Below are positions 34,364-44,099 of a stretch of 62,672 nt of DNA, in pieces. A program made the position numbers and the translations under genes. The DNA comes from a virus. Lineage: Duplodnaviria; Caudoviricetes. The stretch lies in IMG/VR virus record IMGVR_UViG_3300037991_004971, positions 1 to 62,672 of that record. One strand, 5' to 3'. Within the stretch, counting starts at the first letter, position 1. Each line of letters begins with the position of its first letter. Under the pieces are notes generated by a model. It had not been told where the DNA came from, searched no databases, and worked only from the letters and a program-made list of their open reading frames with translations.

Positions 34364-36034
34364 TTATAGCTCTGCTTTTTTGGTATCTTTCTGATACTGA
34401 GCATCAACTGCTTGTGCTTCTACTTCAAGATCTGGTTCTTCTGGAACCGCACCTAGATCTCCAACCTCACCTTCTTGGGGTAAAGGTTCTCCAGTGACTG
34501 GATCAATTGTAGATGGATCAGGAATAATACCTTTTTGAATTTCATCTTCAATCTGCTCGTCAATCTCAATGATTTCGCGATCAGTTTGACGAAGAACTCT
34601 TCTACGAACATATTCGGTAGAGTAGTACTTACCAATATATGGTTCGATAGTTGCGAGCATATTGAGTCTTCCTTCCATGAGTTCAGACTCTTTTAGTTCT
34701 GCAAATTGATTATCATAAATGAAGTCATATTGAATATGATCTTCCATTGATGACCAATCTTCAGGAGTAATGATATTCTTCAGAATTAACTGAGTTCTGA
34801 GCATATCATTAAACATATTTGCAAAACGCTTTCTCAAGCGTCCTACAAACTTGGCAAATTTGAGTTCATCACGAAGAATTTCTGAAGAACGACCAAGATT
34901 GAATCCACCATCAGCAGCGATTCTGGATTCAGGAACACCTAGTGCTCTATAGAGTTTTTTCTGGAAATATTCGATATCTGAGAGTTCTCCCAGATTCTGA
35001 CCGCCAGGTAGGGTAGTGATCTCAGTACCACGACCGCCTTCTCTTCTGGGCAACCAGAAATCTTCCATCATAGACATAAATTTACGATCATCGCGAACTT
35101 CGCCAGTGCTCGCATCGTAAACTAGTTTATTTCTGTAGCGAGACATTACCTCTTTGAGGTATTGTTCTGCTTTTACTTTAGGTAGATTACCAACATCAAT
35201 ATAGAAAATACGACGCTCTGGTGCTCTTGATAGGCGATAGATGACCAAAGAATCTTCAATCATACGAAGTTGATTGAGAGCCTTGATTGCTTTGTGTAGA
35301 TAAGAAAGAACTCTATTCTTATTTCTATCAACCAAACCAGAAGTACACATGGTGATAGAATCTTTGGCGATTCTAATGGAATTCTTACCGCCCATTTGAC
35401 CACCCATGTTAGTTGGATGACTTACTTTGGGAGTATAGATGTAATATTCATCAAACTCAGGATTAGGCACGGGATCTTGCTGACTTCTGAGTCTAATCGC
35501 TGGATCACCATTACCTGGTCTTTTCTTTTCTTGACGGATATATTTAATTTTTAATGGGTCAATATATCTTAAATCTTGAATCCCATCTTGGGGATTCTTT
35601 ACATCGATTACTTTTAAGTAGAAAACTCTACCATCAATATACCAATTCCTAAAGATTTCGTGGGATTTCTTATCGAAATCCATAAGTTCTTTGAGGTATT
35701 TGAACTCCTCTCTGATCTTTTTCTTTAAACCAGCACTTACATCAAGGTTTGATAATTCAATTTCAACTGGAGAATCGTATAGATCACTAACGATTGCTTC
35801 ATTCACAACATCTTCAATAGCACCATCACACTCAGGGTGAAGTGCCATTTCGCGATATCTTTTAATTAGATCATATTCTGAACGATATGCCCCTTCAATA
35901 TCTACATATTGACCATAAAAACCACTACTAATAAAATTGTCAACCCCGTCCTCATTATTCTTGGGAACGGGGGAGACAATAGTAGTGGATTTCTTTTGGG
36001 TATCTTCAATAGAAAAACCAAAAAGTTTTGCCAT
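34364..36034 (-). CDS. gp20: Portal vertex protein gp20
   Basis: MAKLFGF, YREMA.HPE, RAPERRIFYIDVGNLP, EDFWLPRREGGRGTEITTLPG. Confidence 0.99.
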   Translation of the reverse strand: MAKLFGFSIEDTQKKSTTIVSPVPKNNEDGVDNFISSGFYGQYVDIEGAYRSEYDLIKRYREMALHPECDGAIEDVVNEAIVSDLYDSPVEIELSNLDVSAGLKKKIREEFKYLKELMDFDKKSHEIFRNWYIDGRVFYLKVIDVKNPQDGIQDLRYIDPLKIKYIRQEKKRPGNGDPAIRLRSQQDPVPNPEFDEYYIYTPKVSHPTNMGGQMGGKNSIRIAKDSITMCTSGLVDRNKNRVLSYLHKAIKALNQLRMIEDSLVIYRLSRAPERRIFYIDVGNLPKVKAEQYLKEVMSRYRNKLVYDASTGEVRDDRKFMSMMEDFWLPRREGGRGTEITTLPGGQNLGELSDIEYFQKKLYRALGVPESRIAADGGFNLGRSSEILRDELKFAKFVGRLRKRFANMFNDMLRTQLILKNIITPEDWSSMEDHIQYDFIYDNQFAELKESELMEGRLNMLATIEPYIGKYYSTEYVRRRVLRQTDREIIEIDEQIEDEIQKGIIPDPSTIDPVTGEPLPQEGEVGDLGAVPEEPDLEVEAQAVDAQYQKDTKKAEL

Positions 36035-36066
36035 AGTATAATTTAAGCGTTCTGGTTATTCTTTAT

Positions 36067-36654
36067 TTAGTTAATGTCTTCACCGCCTGCATTGGCACCA
36101 GTACCCTTAATCGCTTCCCAATATTGAACTTGGAGTTCAACTGTGAATTCTTGAATACCTTGAGCATCATAAGAAAGTTCAATAGGTCCAACCTGAGTTG
36201 GGAAAGTATCATAGAAACGATAGGATCTTAGAGTAGAACCATCGCGATCAAGTTGATAAACATAAGCATCTGCTTGATAATCAGCTGGGTTAGTAAGACC
36301 AGTGTTATCGGATAGTCTATTGATAGTGTTAGACCATCTTTCAAACGCGGAGCGGATTGCAAAGTCTGTATCGTTGATAACGGTAACAGTCCAGGAATCG
36401 AATGTTCTGTCTCCAGCAATCTTTAGTACCCTTCCACGGAAAGGAACTTCAATCTGTGCAACATTAGATGCAGGTAGATTGGCACCCTTAACTAAGAATC
36501 TTGCTTTATCTAATACAGCAGAATCTGGTTGGGCGAGATCTGGGAAGTTTAGAACGACTTCAAAGAGGTTGGCGCGAGCGCCACCACCCGTTAACTTACT
36601 CTTGAAGTCGGATATCGTTCTTAGTGGGGGTGGATTGACTTGATTTCTAGCCAT
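36067..36654 (-). CDS. gp19: Tail tube protein gp19
   Basis: GGGARANLFEV, PFRGR.LKIAGDRTF..W, V.QLDR. Confidence 0.97.
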   Translation of the reverse strand: MARNQVNPPPLRTISDFKSKLTGGGARANLFEVVLNFPDLAQPDSAVLDKARFLVKGANLPASNVAQIEVPFRGRVLKIAGDRTFDSWTVTVINDTDFAIRSAFERWSNTINRLSDNTGLTNPADYQADAYVYQLDRDGSTLRSYRFYDTFPTQVGPIELSYDAQGIQEFTVELQVQYWEAIKGTGANAGGEDIN

Positions 36655-36691
36655 GGTAGGAAATTAAACCTCTGTACTTTATTTAAAATGA

Positions 36692-38881
36692 TCAAACTGA
36701 ACCGATAACTTCTTCAAAGGCAACGCCAGTTCTAGTAGCAACAAAGGTAAGACCGATGAAGTTGATAGATCTTGCGGGTTTGATGAAGATGTCAGCAACG
36801 AACTCATTAGCATCAATAACAGCTGCAGTGTTGTTTGTTTCATCACAAACAACTACGAAGTCAAAGATGCCTCGCTTGGATTGAACATCACGGAGGAATG
36901 GTTCAATGATGTTTACGAAATTAGTTCTCGTAAGTTCATCGTTGAACTCGAAGAGTTGATCTTTAGCAGCGGCGGAGATTGCATCTTCAAGGAAGATGAA
37001 CAATCTACGAACATTGATACGATCAAAGGCAGATGCCTTAGCGAAAGAGGTCTTATCACCGAATAGAATGATACCAGCACCAGGAGATTGGATAACTGGG
37101 TTGATTCTGTTAGAATACAGAATATCTCTTTGCTTCTTACCTGGGTTGTAAACCAGTTTAACTGCATTTAGAATCGCACCTCTTGAAGTTCCAGCAGGAG
37201 AGAACCAGGGGAACTGCTCAAGGTCGGTTCTAGCACAGGTTCCAGCAATGTCACCATTTAGTGGAACATAGCGGAAAGTGTTGTTAAAGCGGTCGAACAT
37301 GTACTTATAACCGCTATCAAATACACCATAAGTTGAAGATGTGAGAGGACTGTAGAATCCAACCACATTATCAGTCATGGTATCGATGTTGTTAACAGTT
37401 ACGCTACCAACAGCAGAATCATTCAAGAATGCTTGTCTGTAAGGTGAGATGAATGCTACTGCATCCTTTCTTGCCTCAGCAACTGCAATAACTTTAGCAC
37501 CGAGTTGTTGTGCTTGCTCTTTTGGATAATTTGCAGAACCCATTAAGATGAAATCAACTTCAGTCTCTTCAGTGTTCTCGAAGAGAGTGTATCCAGTTAG
37601 AATGTCATCTAAACCAGGATTAAATGCACCACTCTTAGTAGATGCTAATCCAGAAGCATCATCAACTCTGCCGCCATATAGTGTACCACCAGCGAGAGAG
37701 GCAACAAAATTACCCGAACCAGCGAATGAAACACCAGAAACTGGTTGATCCCATCCAGCATCAGTGGTAAGTGAATAAACACTTGTATTATCATAATCAA
37801 TTGCTTGAGCACCTGTAGGGGCACTACCACCGAAGATATATCTTGAATTAACTTCTAGATACTTTCTCCAGTATTGTGGGGAACCAACAGAAAATTCTGC
37901 ATCAGTACCTTTAGATAGGGATAAATGCTTTTCTAGGATAGTTCCTGCATTTCCAGTAACTTTTCCGTCATCGTCGATTAGTACAACATGCACTTCGTCG
38001 AATCTTCCGCCTCTTGCAGCAGCAAAAGTAGAAGTTCCAGGTGCATTTGCTAACTGATCCCACTCTAACTTTCCTTCGGTTAACTGAATGTCTTGGGAAG
38101 AGAACCAATCAGTAGCATTGGTGTAACTGGCAGTGGTTGTCCATGCTGCACTTTGTCCTGCAGTATGAATAGCAACATTAGATCCAGAGTTGGGGAATCT
38201 AAGTTGACCAGATGCCTGATAGTCTTCGTTGTTTACAACACCAGCAGCGGAGATGTGATGTACAAACTTAACTGAAACAGATCCTTCTCCAACTTCGGAG
38301 ATAACGCCGCAGAAGGTTCCGTCTAGATCAGTTTTGCTACCATCAGCACCGATTTTGTAAGTTCCTGCAGGAACAGCAACCTTTAAGGTATCACCAAGTG
38401 AAACACCAGTGGTGGTAATACCAGAAAGAATTTGGTCTGCTCTGCCGTCAATGATTGCAACTTTGATGCCATTTGCCCAAGTTCCAGGGTTCTTAGCAGC
38501 AACAGTTACATTAGGAATGACATTTTCAACATAACCTAGTTGGTTATAGTGCTCACCACCATTGATTCTAATGCTAGTGGCAGTTCCTACGAATGCATTG
38601 ACTAAAGATTGATCTCCAGCACGGACAACCTCTAGTGTTCCGCCGTAAGCAAGGAAGGAGGATGCTACCATCCAATGCTCATAGTGCTTATCAGCAGAGT
38701 AGGGTTGACCAAATGTTTGTAGTAGGTCATCTTCACTCTCAATGAGTTGTGGCTCATTAACAGGACCTTTCGCAAACGGTGCTACTAGAGCGCCAATAGA
38801 TCCACTCGTCGGATCTACTCTCCCAACCGTTAAGTCAACTTCTCTAATTACAATTCCAGGAGATGCTAAATTAAGTGGCAT
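36692..38881 (-). CDS. gp18: Tail sheath protein gp18
   Basis: SPG...REVDLT, PWFSPAG..RG, FDRINVRRLF, KPARSINFI. Confidence 0.98.
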   Translation of the reverse strand: MPLNLASPGIVIREVDLTVGRVDPTSGSIGALVAPFAKGPVNEPQLIESEDDLLQTFGQPYSADKHYEHWMVASSFLAYGGTLEVVRAGDQSLVNAFVGTATSIRINGGEHYNQLGYVENVIPNVTVAAKNPGTWANGIKVAIIDGRADQILSGITTTGVSLGDTLKVAVPAGTYKIGADGSKTDLDGTFCGVISEVGEGSVSVKFVHHISAAGVVNNEDYQASGQLRFPNSGSNVAIHTAGQSAAWTTTASYTNATDWFSSQDIQLTEGKLEWDQLANAPGTSTFAAARGGRFDEVHVVLIDDDGKVTGNAGTILEKHLSLSKGTDAEFSVGSPQYWRKYLEVNSRYIFGGSAPTGAQAIDYDNTSVYSLTTDAGWDQPVSGVSFAGSGNFVASLAGGTLYGGRVDDASGLASTKSGAFNPGLDDILTGYTLFENTEETEVDFILMGSANYPKEQAQQLGAKVIAVAEARKDAVAFISPYRQAFLNDSAVGSVTVNNIDTMTDNVVGFYSPLTSSTYGVFDSGYKYMFDRFNNTFRYVPLNGDIAGTCARTDLEQFPWFSPAGTSRGAILNAVKLVYNPGKKQRDILYSNRINPVIQSPGAGIILFGDKTSFAKASAFDRINVRRLFIFLEDAISAAAKDQLFEFNDELTRTNFVNIIEPFLRDVQSKRGIFDFVVVCDETNNTAAVIDANEFVADIFIKPARSINFIGLTFVATRTGVAFEEVIGSV

Positions 38882-38935
38882 CTTTTTGTTCTCCGAATCT
38901 CAGATTATTCTGAAATTATTTATTAAAACCACCCT

Positions 38936-40579
38936 TTACATGTAGTCCCACATGTATGATTTGTCCCCATATTCATCCAAATGCCATACATCACCATCTT
39001 TATCAGTAAATGATCCATTATCTAGACCATCGTTTATAAAACCAAATGGTGCCATATCTTGTTCTATTTGATCTCTCTGTTCTTCATATATTCTCTTTCT
39101 GACATCTTGGTCAGACATTTCTTTAAAATAATCCTGGCATACTAACCAAGCAAAAATAACAAGGCACATTGCCAAGTCATCATTACAACCATCTTCCGCT
39201 TCAAATGAGTTTGCTTTCTGTGCAAAAGTAGTTAATTCTGAAATTATTTCATAATCACATGTAAGTAACTTATCATCTTCCAGTAAAGTTTTTAGATTGG
39301 AACAACCCAACTTTTTGACTGCAGCAGTCATTCTTACACCAAGTTGTGTTTTCTTTCCTGAGAAACCTTGACCAACAATTTGACCATTACGACCTCTCAT
39401 CGACGCCATCAACAAGTTCTCATATTCCAAATCATATTGAAGAATACTAGCAACTTGATCACCAATATCATTTACCTCAATAAGAAGGTATGCATTATTG
39501 TATGCCTTTGCCATATCCAAAATAATATTTGGAAATAGCATGGGTTTGATTTCATTATTCCTATACTTTGCGACTATATTATATGGGAACTCTGTTGTGT
39601 CAAAAACAACAAATGCAGAGTAATCGTTCCCAAGACCACGCGCCACATCAACTGTTATGATATAGTTGTGATCTTTTATTGGTTCAAGATAAATGTCTAA
39701 TCCAGCATTCCTAGTTCTAGGTGAATCATAAACAAGATTTCTAAGTTTTGCTGGATTAATTAGAGTATTGACTGATCCTAAGAATTCACACTCAAACTCA
39801 ATTTTAAACTGTTGTTCTGAAGTGTTAGCAATAGTTTGCTCTTTCCACTCTTCATCTCTTCCTGGTACTTCGGACCAGTGGACATCTGTTGGTACATATT
39901 CACTTTTACCTTTCTCCGCATCATGCCACATGCGGTAGAAATGATTCATACCCCTAGGGGTAGAAACAATAATTACTTTTGTGCTTTGTCCAGACGTAAT
40001 AGTAGGATAAACAGAGGCAAAGAAGTCATCAGCAATGTGATTCGGGATGAACGCGAACTCGTCAAGAAAGATGACATTATAGGAGCCACCTCGGACAGCA
40101 GATGAAGATGTAGAGTTTGCTGAAATTTTACTCCCATTTTCTAATTCAAGAGATCCTTTGTTCCAAGATATAATACCTTGTTGCATCCACTTTGGCAAGT
40201 TTTCGTATGCAAGCTGTAACCTACCTAAAAGATCACGGGCAGTAGATGCTTTGTTTGCTAGGACTGCGATGTTAACATTATCGTTAAAAACAGCGTAGTG
40301 AAGAAGATATGATATACAAGTAGTTGACTTACCAGTCTGGCGAGGCATCTTGCATATATTAAATCTATTATCATGGAAATTCCTGATTAAGCGTTCTTGG
40401 AACTCATACATGTTGAAGGGTACTAGACCCTCATCAAGTGAAACGATTTTAATATACTTACGGGCAAAGTAAACAGGATCATCCTTACACTTCAAGAATT
40501 CAAGGACATTCTCCTTTGTAAATTCAATCTGTGTGTTTGCTTTTTTTAGATTAGGATTACCGAGATATACTTCACCCAT
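38936..40579 (-). CDS. gp17: Terminase large subunit gp17
   Basis: YLGNPNLK, PRQTGKS, FLDEFAF, VSTP.G, DVARG, DDLAM. Confidence 0.98.
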   Translation of the reverse strand: MGEVYLGNPNLKKANTQIEFTKENVLEFLKCKDDPVYFARKYIKIVSLDEGLVPFNMYEFQERLIRNFHDNRFNICKMPRQTGKSTTCISYLLHYAVFNDNVNIAVLANKASTARDLLGRLQLAYENLPKWMQQGIISWNKGSLELENGSKISANSTSSSAVRGGSYNVIFLDEFAFIPNHIADDFFASVYPTITSGQSTKVIIVSTPRGMNHFYRMWHDAEKGKSEYVPTDVHWSEVPGRDEEWKEQTIANTSEQQFKIEFECEFLGSVNTLINPAKLRNLVYDSPRTRNAGLDIYLEPIKDHNYIITVDVARGLGNDYSAFVVFDTTEFPYNIVAKYRNNEIKPMLFPNIILDMAKAYNNAYLLIEVNDIGDQVASILQYDLEYENLLMASMRGRNGQIVGQGFSGKKTQLGVRMTAAVKKLGCSNLKTLLEDDKLLTCDYEIISELTTFAQKANSFEAEDGCNDDLAMCLVIFAWLVCQDYFKEMSDQDVRKRIYEEQRDQIEQDMAPFGFINDGLDNGSFTDKDGDVWHLDEYGDKSYMWDYM

Positions 40580-40586
40580 AATATTT

Positions 40587-40766
40587 TCAAATAGATTTTA
40601 ATACTGTTTTACCGATAGCAGATAAGATATACGAATCTTTCATTGCGAGTTTTGTTGCAATCGCCCACTTGACATTTTTGTCTCCGTAGCGATCTTTCAT
40701 GTCTTTATCACTGATTGCATCAGCGATTTCATCGCGTTTCTTTTTCTGCTTTTTTGTCATACTCAT
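40587..40766 (-). CDS. Small basic hypothetical protein (59 aa)
   Basis: MSMTKKQKKKRDEIADAISDKDMKDRYGDKNVKWAIATKLAMKDSYILSAIGKTVLKSI. Confidence 0.65.
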   Translation of the reverse strand: MSMTKKQKKKRDEIADAISDKDMKDRYGDKNVKWAIATKLAMKDSYILSAIGKTVLKSI

Positions 40767-40840
40767 TTTTTGCAGTCACCTTCAAGGCACTTGCAGGGGT
40801 CGCAACCACAAACGGGACAAGAAGTTCTTTTCTTTTTCAT
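40763..40840 (-). CDS. Cys-rich microprotein (25 aa, 6 Cys)
   Basis: MKKKRTSCPVCGCDPCKCLEGDCKK; starts 6 nt after the gp16 stop and overlaps the next ORF (ATGA). Confidence 0.55.
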   Translation of the reverse strand: MKKKRTSCPVCGCDPCKCLEGDCKK

Positions 40841-40846
40841 TGGATT

Positions 40847-41296
40847 CTACTCAGGGTTGTTGTTATTATTTAGAATCCCCTCTTTAAGCATCTTTGATAA
40901 TTCTGATGTTGATCCTACAAACAATGCATTGTTAGTAACAGTGTTTGGACCCTTCTTAGTATTGTCCTCATCTAAATCTTTCAGTTTTTTCTGAAGATCT
41001 GCTAGTTTATCAGTTGTATCTGCAACTGATTTAATTAATTGACCAGCAACTTCATATGCTCTTGGACTTGCACTTTCTCCAGCAAGTTCCATGATTCCAT
41101 TGATTGCTTCTTGCCCTTTTTCAATTAATGAATATAATTGACCTCTAGTATAACGATAATCTTTTTCAATATCTTCCGAAATATTTACTGGAGGTAACTC
41201 CTTCTTTTTAATAGGTGCAGGTTTTACTGGCTGCACCTCTATTTCAGCAGGTACTGTATTAAAAGTATCATTCAACTCATCATAATTATCTTTCAT
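40847..41296 (-). CDS. gp16: Terminase small subunit gp16
   Basis: DY.YTR.QLY.LIEKG.EA...SPRAYEVAGQLIK...NNALFVGST.EL. Confidence 0.95.
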   Translation of the reverse strand: MKDNYDELNDTFNTVPAEIEVQPVKPAPIKKKELPPVNISEDIEKDYRYTRGQLYSLIEKGQEAINGIMELAGESASPRAYEVAGQLIKSVADTTDKLADLQKKLKDLDEDNTKKGPNTVTNNALFVGSTSELSKMLKEGILNNNNNPE

Positions 41297-41298
41297 AA

Positions 41299-43257
41299 TC
41301 AGCAGTTCCAGGCTCTAAGTGACTTGTTAATTCTGCTATCTGGATCGTTAGCAGTTTTCTTAGAAGTCAACTTTTTCTTCATACCTTTCATTCTCGCGCA
41401 AAAAGACGCTCTACGCTTGTTCCCAACTTTCTTTGAAGGTCTCTTAAGATCGCTTCCTGGATTCTCACGCTCGTAGCTCTTTCTTCCTTTTTCGTTGAGT
41501 CCACCATCTGGATCCTTTCCAGATTTCTTTGTCCAAGCAGATCCTTCCTGTACATATTCTAATTCATCCCTCCAAGAGTAGCTATTTTTCATTAACTTTT
41601 TATTTATCCCACTACCTGGCATCATTTTAACGTTCTTAATATATTCTGCAGGATTTAAATCCTTAGAACTCACTTTCTTTTGAAGTTTTTTATCAACTTC
41701 TTTTTCGGTAGCCATTTCGCCAAGTTCATAACCCTCTTTCTTGGTCTTGTTACCCCAGTTCTTAGCACCAACTTTACGGCACTTAACTAGAGCACCAGAT
41801 GCATATGCACTTGGCCAAACAGAATAACGGGATTTGACTTTATGATAACATGCATCTTTTTCACCAGCAGCCTCATCAAACTGCTCCTCAGTCATTAATT
41901 CACCTTCTGGTTCATAACCAGCCATTTGAGTAGTTGATTTTGATTTTACTCTTGGCAATTCTGGACCAATCCAAGGAGGCAAGAAAATACCTTCTTTCTT
42001 ACTTTTCTGTCTTGAGTCTCTCATACGCTCATTATAACTCTTAGGGATCATAGGATCTGTATTGGGTGATGTTTCATATTTTTCATCAACCAGTTCACCT
42101 TGTGGTTCAAAAGAGTTTTTTTGAGTTGATACAAGCGGTTTGCGTGGTTCAACAGTGGTTGACTTCAGTGCTTTAGGATTTAATTTTTTCAGAAAATCTC
42201 CTACACGGTCTTTAATTCCTCTCAAAATTTTATCGCCAACTGGTTCTTTACCAGTAGCAGTCATTTTTACAGTTGTGCCTTTTGGAGCAGCATCTGCCCT
42301 CATTTCTGCATTATATTCTAAGATATCTACTTTGATTTCTTCATCAAGAATGGTCATAAGATGCAGTGCAACATCTTCGGACAAATTGTGCTCATTCATC
42401 AAATGACCTTTGACGATATCAAAGAGGTCTGAAGATTCGCCAGTCATCATTCTTCTGTCAACATTCTGTTGACTGAAATCCCAGTCCTTTGGAGGACCCT
42501 TGATAATTCTATTCAAGGTGCCCATTCTTCTTTTCTGCTGTTTCTTTACAGCAGCTGAGTTATCAATATAGTCACCTATTTGATACTGTCCAGGTGGGTT
42601 AGGATCATCCGCATGTCGAACTCCTTTTGGAGGTGCTTCTTGAAGATCTCCACCTTCCATCTCATAATCTTGATTCATCAATTCTTTAATTCTTTCATTC
42701 CTCTTTCTAATTCCAGAGGTTACACCTTGAATTGTTGGTTTACCAATCGCTTTATCGTTTTGAGTTTCTGCTGCCTTCTTTGCTTTATTGATAAGATATG
42801 CAGCTCCACCAATAGCAGCACCTGCAGCAAGGGCACCAGTAACTAGACCTTCCTGGGCAACTTCTTCTGCTTTTACGCATCTATTATAAGTTTTGCCAAA
42901 TAACTTTTGGGTTCCTACTTTCTTATAACCCTTCCAACACTTTTTCTTCTCATCTAAGAGTCTTCTAAAGAGAGATGTTGTAGTTTCTTCAGTCGCCACG
43001 TTGATTGCTTTCCCTTTACGATTTGGATTTGGATCCTTAGCATTTTTGCGTCTAAACGCTTTCTGCTCTTCTTTTTTATTTAGATTCCTCTTCATCTTGC
43101 TGGAACCACACTTAGGTTTAGTCTTCTGACCAGGTTGCCTAGCACATGGTTTTCCTGCATACTTTCCACCTAATTGAACCCATCCTGGAGTTCCATCAGA
43201 TGATTTACTCTTACCAAACCAGTCTCTTAGTGAGTTGTCGCCAGATTTATTTGCCAT
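41299..43257 (-). CDS. Modular basic virion (probably head) protein
   Basis: Several Lys/Cys-rich modules separated by (Y/F)E(P/M)xG(E/G)Lx(x)E-like linkers; located between gp15 and gp16. Confidence 0.8.
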   Translation of the reverse strand: MANKSGDNSLRDWFGKSKSSDGTPGWVQLGGKYAGKPCARQPGQKTKPKCGSSKMKRNLNKKEEQKAFRRKNAKDPNPNRKGKAINVATEETTTSLFRRLLDEKKKCWKGYKKVGTQKLFGKTYNRCVKAEEVAQEGLVTGALAAGAAIGGAAYLINKAKKAAETQNDKAIGKPTIQGVTSGIRKRNERIKELMNQDYEMEGGDLQEAPPKGVRHADDPNPPGQYQIGDYIDNSAAVKKQQKRRMGTLNRIIKGPPKDWDFSQQNVDRRMMTGESSDLFDIVKGHLMNEHNLSEDVALHLMTILDEEIKVDILEYNAEMRADAAPKGTTVKMTATGKEPVGDKILRGIKDRVGDFLKKLNPKALKSTTVEPRKPLVSTQKNSFEPQGELVDEKYETSPNTDPMIPKSYNERMRDSRQKSKKEGIFLPPWIGPELPRVKSKSTTQMAGYEPEGELMTEEQFDEAAGEKDACYHKVKSRYSVWPSAYASGALVKCRKVGAKNWGNKTKKEGYELGEMATEKEVDKKLQKKVSSKDLNPAEYIKNVKMMPGSGINKKLMKNSYSWRDELEYVQEGSAWTKKSGKDPDGGLNEKGRKSYERENPGSDLKRPSKKVGNKRRASFCARMKGMKKKLTSKKTANDPDSRINKSLRAWNC

Positions 43258-44099
43258 CAAATATCCTCTTTTCTAGTTGGGCTGTAATCTTTAGAATCGC
43301 CAAAGAATGTTCTTTCCTCAGTAAATCCAAAATCATCACCTGCTGGGATCAATGGATTATCATACTGATCGATTACATCATCTTCATTGTAATCTTTTTT
43401 CGCCGTTGCTTCTACAGTGTAACGCTGCATACGCTTAGCGGTCTTAACATTAGTATCGCTATAGTAATCAACTTGAACCTTACGGATGAGACCGTCAGTG
43501 CTATCTGCGATAGGACCGAACATGTAAGTCTTTGCTGTAAAGTTTAGAGTGTAGATTAACGCTCTTCTTGTTTCAAAATTTCCTTCATAATCATCTTGGA
43601 AAGTAATACTATCCAAAACCATAGGAACATCTCTTTTTTCACCAATCTCATCAACTAAATCAATAGTCAATGTAAATCCAGGTTGGAAAAATGGTAAAAC
43701 TTGCTCCAGAATTTGTAAGGAGTCATCCTGTAGTTTAGTTAGGATATTTAACTCAAAACCTAAATTATATGGTACTGGCATGAAAACTTTTTTAAGTTTT
43801 TTATCATCAAGAGCCTTAAAGGTTTGAGAAATGCCAGATTTTCTTGCAGAATCATATTGAATGTTATTCATTTCAAATGACATTCTTGGTAGAGTAATAG
43901 CAATTGCTTTATTTAATTCTGCTTGTTGCTCAAGTCTTGCAAGAAATTTTTGTTTAGGTCCATATGAAATGGGGACTTTGATATCACTAATATCTTTTCC
44001 AGTCGCATCTTGATGGCGGACATGAATATCATTAAAGAGAGTACCGAAAGCAATAACGGTCTTTCTTATGATTTGGTGATAATAGTATTGTCCTAACAT
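43257..44099 (-). CDS. gp15: Tail sheath stabiliser / terminator gp15
   Basis: YHQIIRKT..AFGTLFN, VP..YGP.QK, LPRMSFE, PVPY, EQ.LP.FQP. Confidence 0.96.
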   Translation of the reverse strand: MLGQYYYHQIIRKTVIAFGTLFNDIHVRHQDATGKDISDIKVPISYGPKQKFLARLEQQAELNKAIAITLPRMSFEMNNIQYDSARKSGISQTFKALDDKKLKKVFMPVPYNLGFELNILTKLQDDSLQILEQVLPFFQPGFTLTIDLVDEIGEKRDVPMVLDSITFQDDYEGNFETRRALIYTLNFTAKTYMFGPIADSTDGLIRKVQVDYYSDTNVKTAKRMQRYTVEATAKKDYNEDDVIDQYDNPLIPAGDDFGFTEERTFFGDSKDYSPTRKEDI

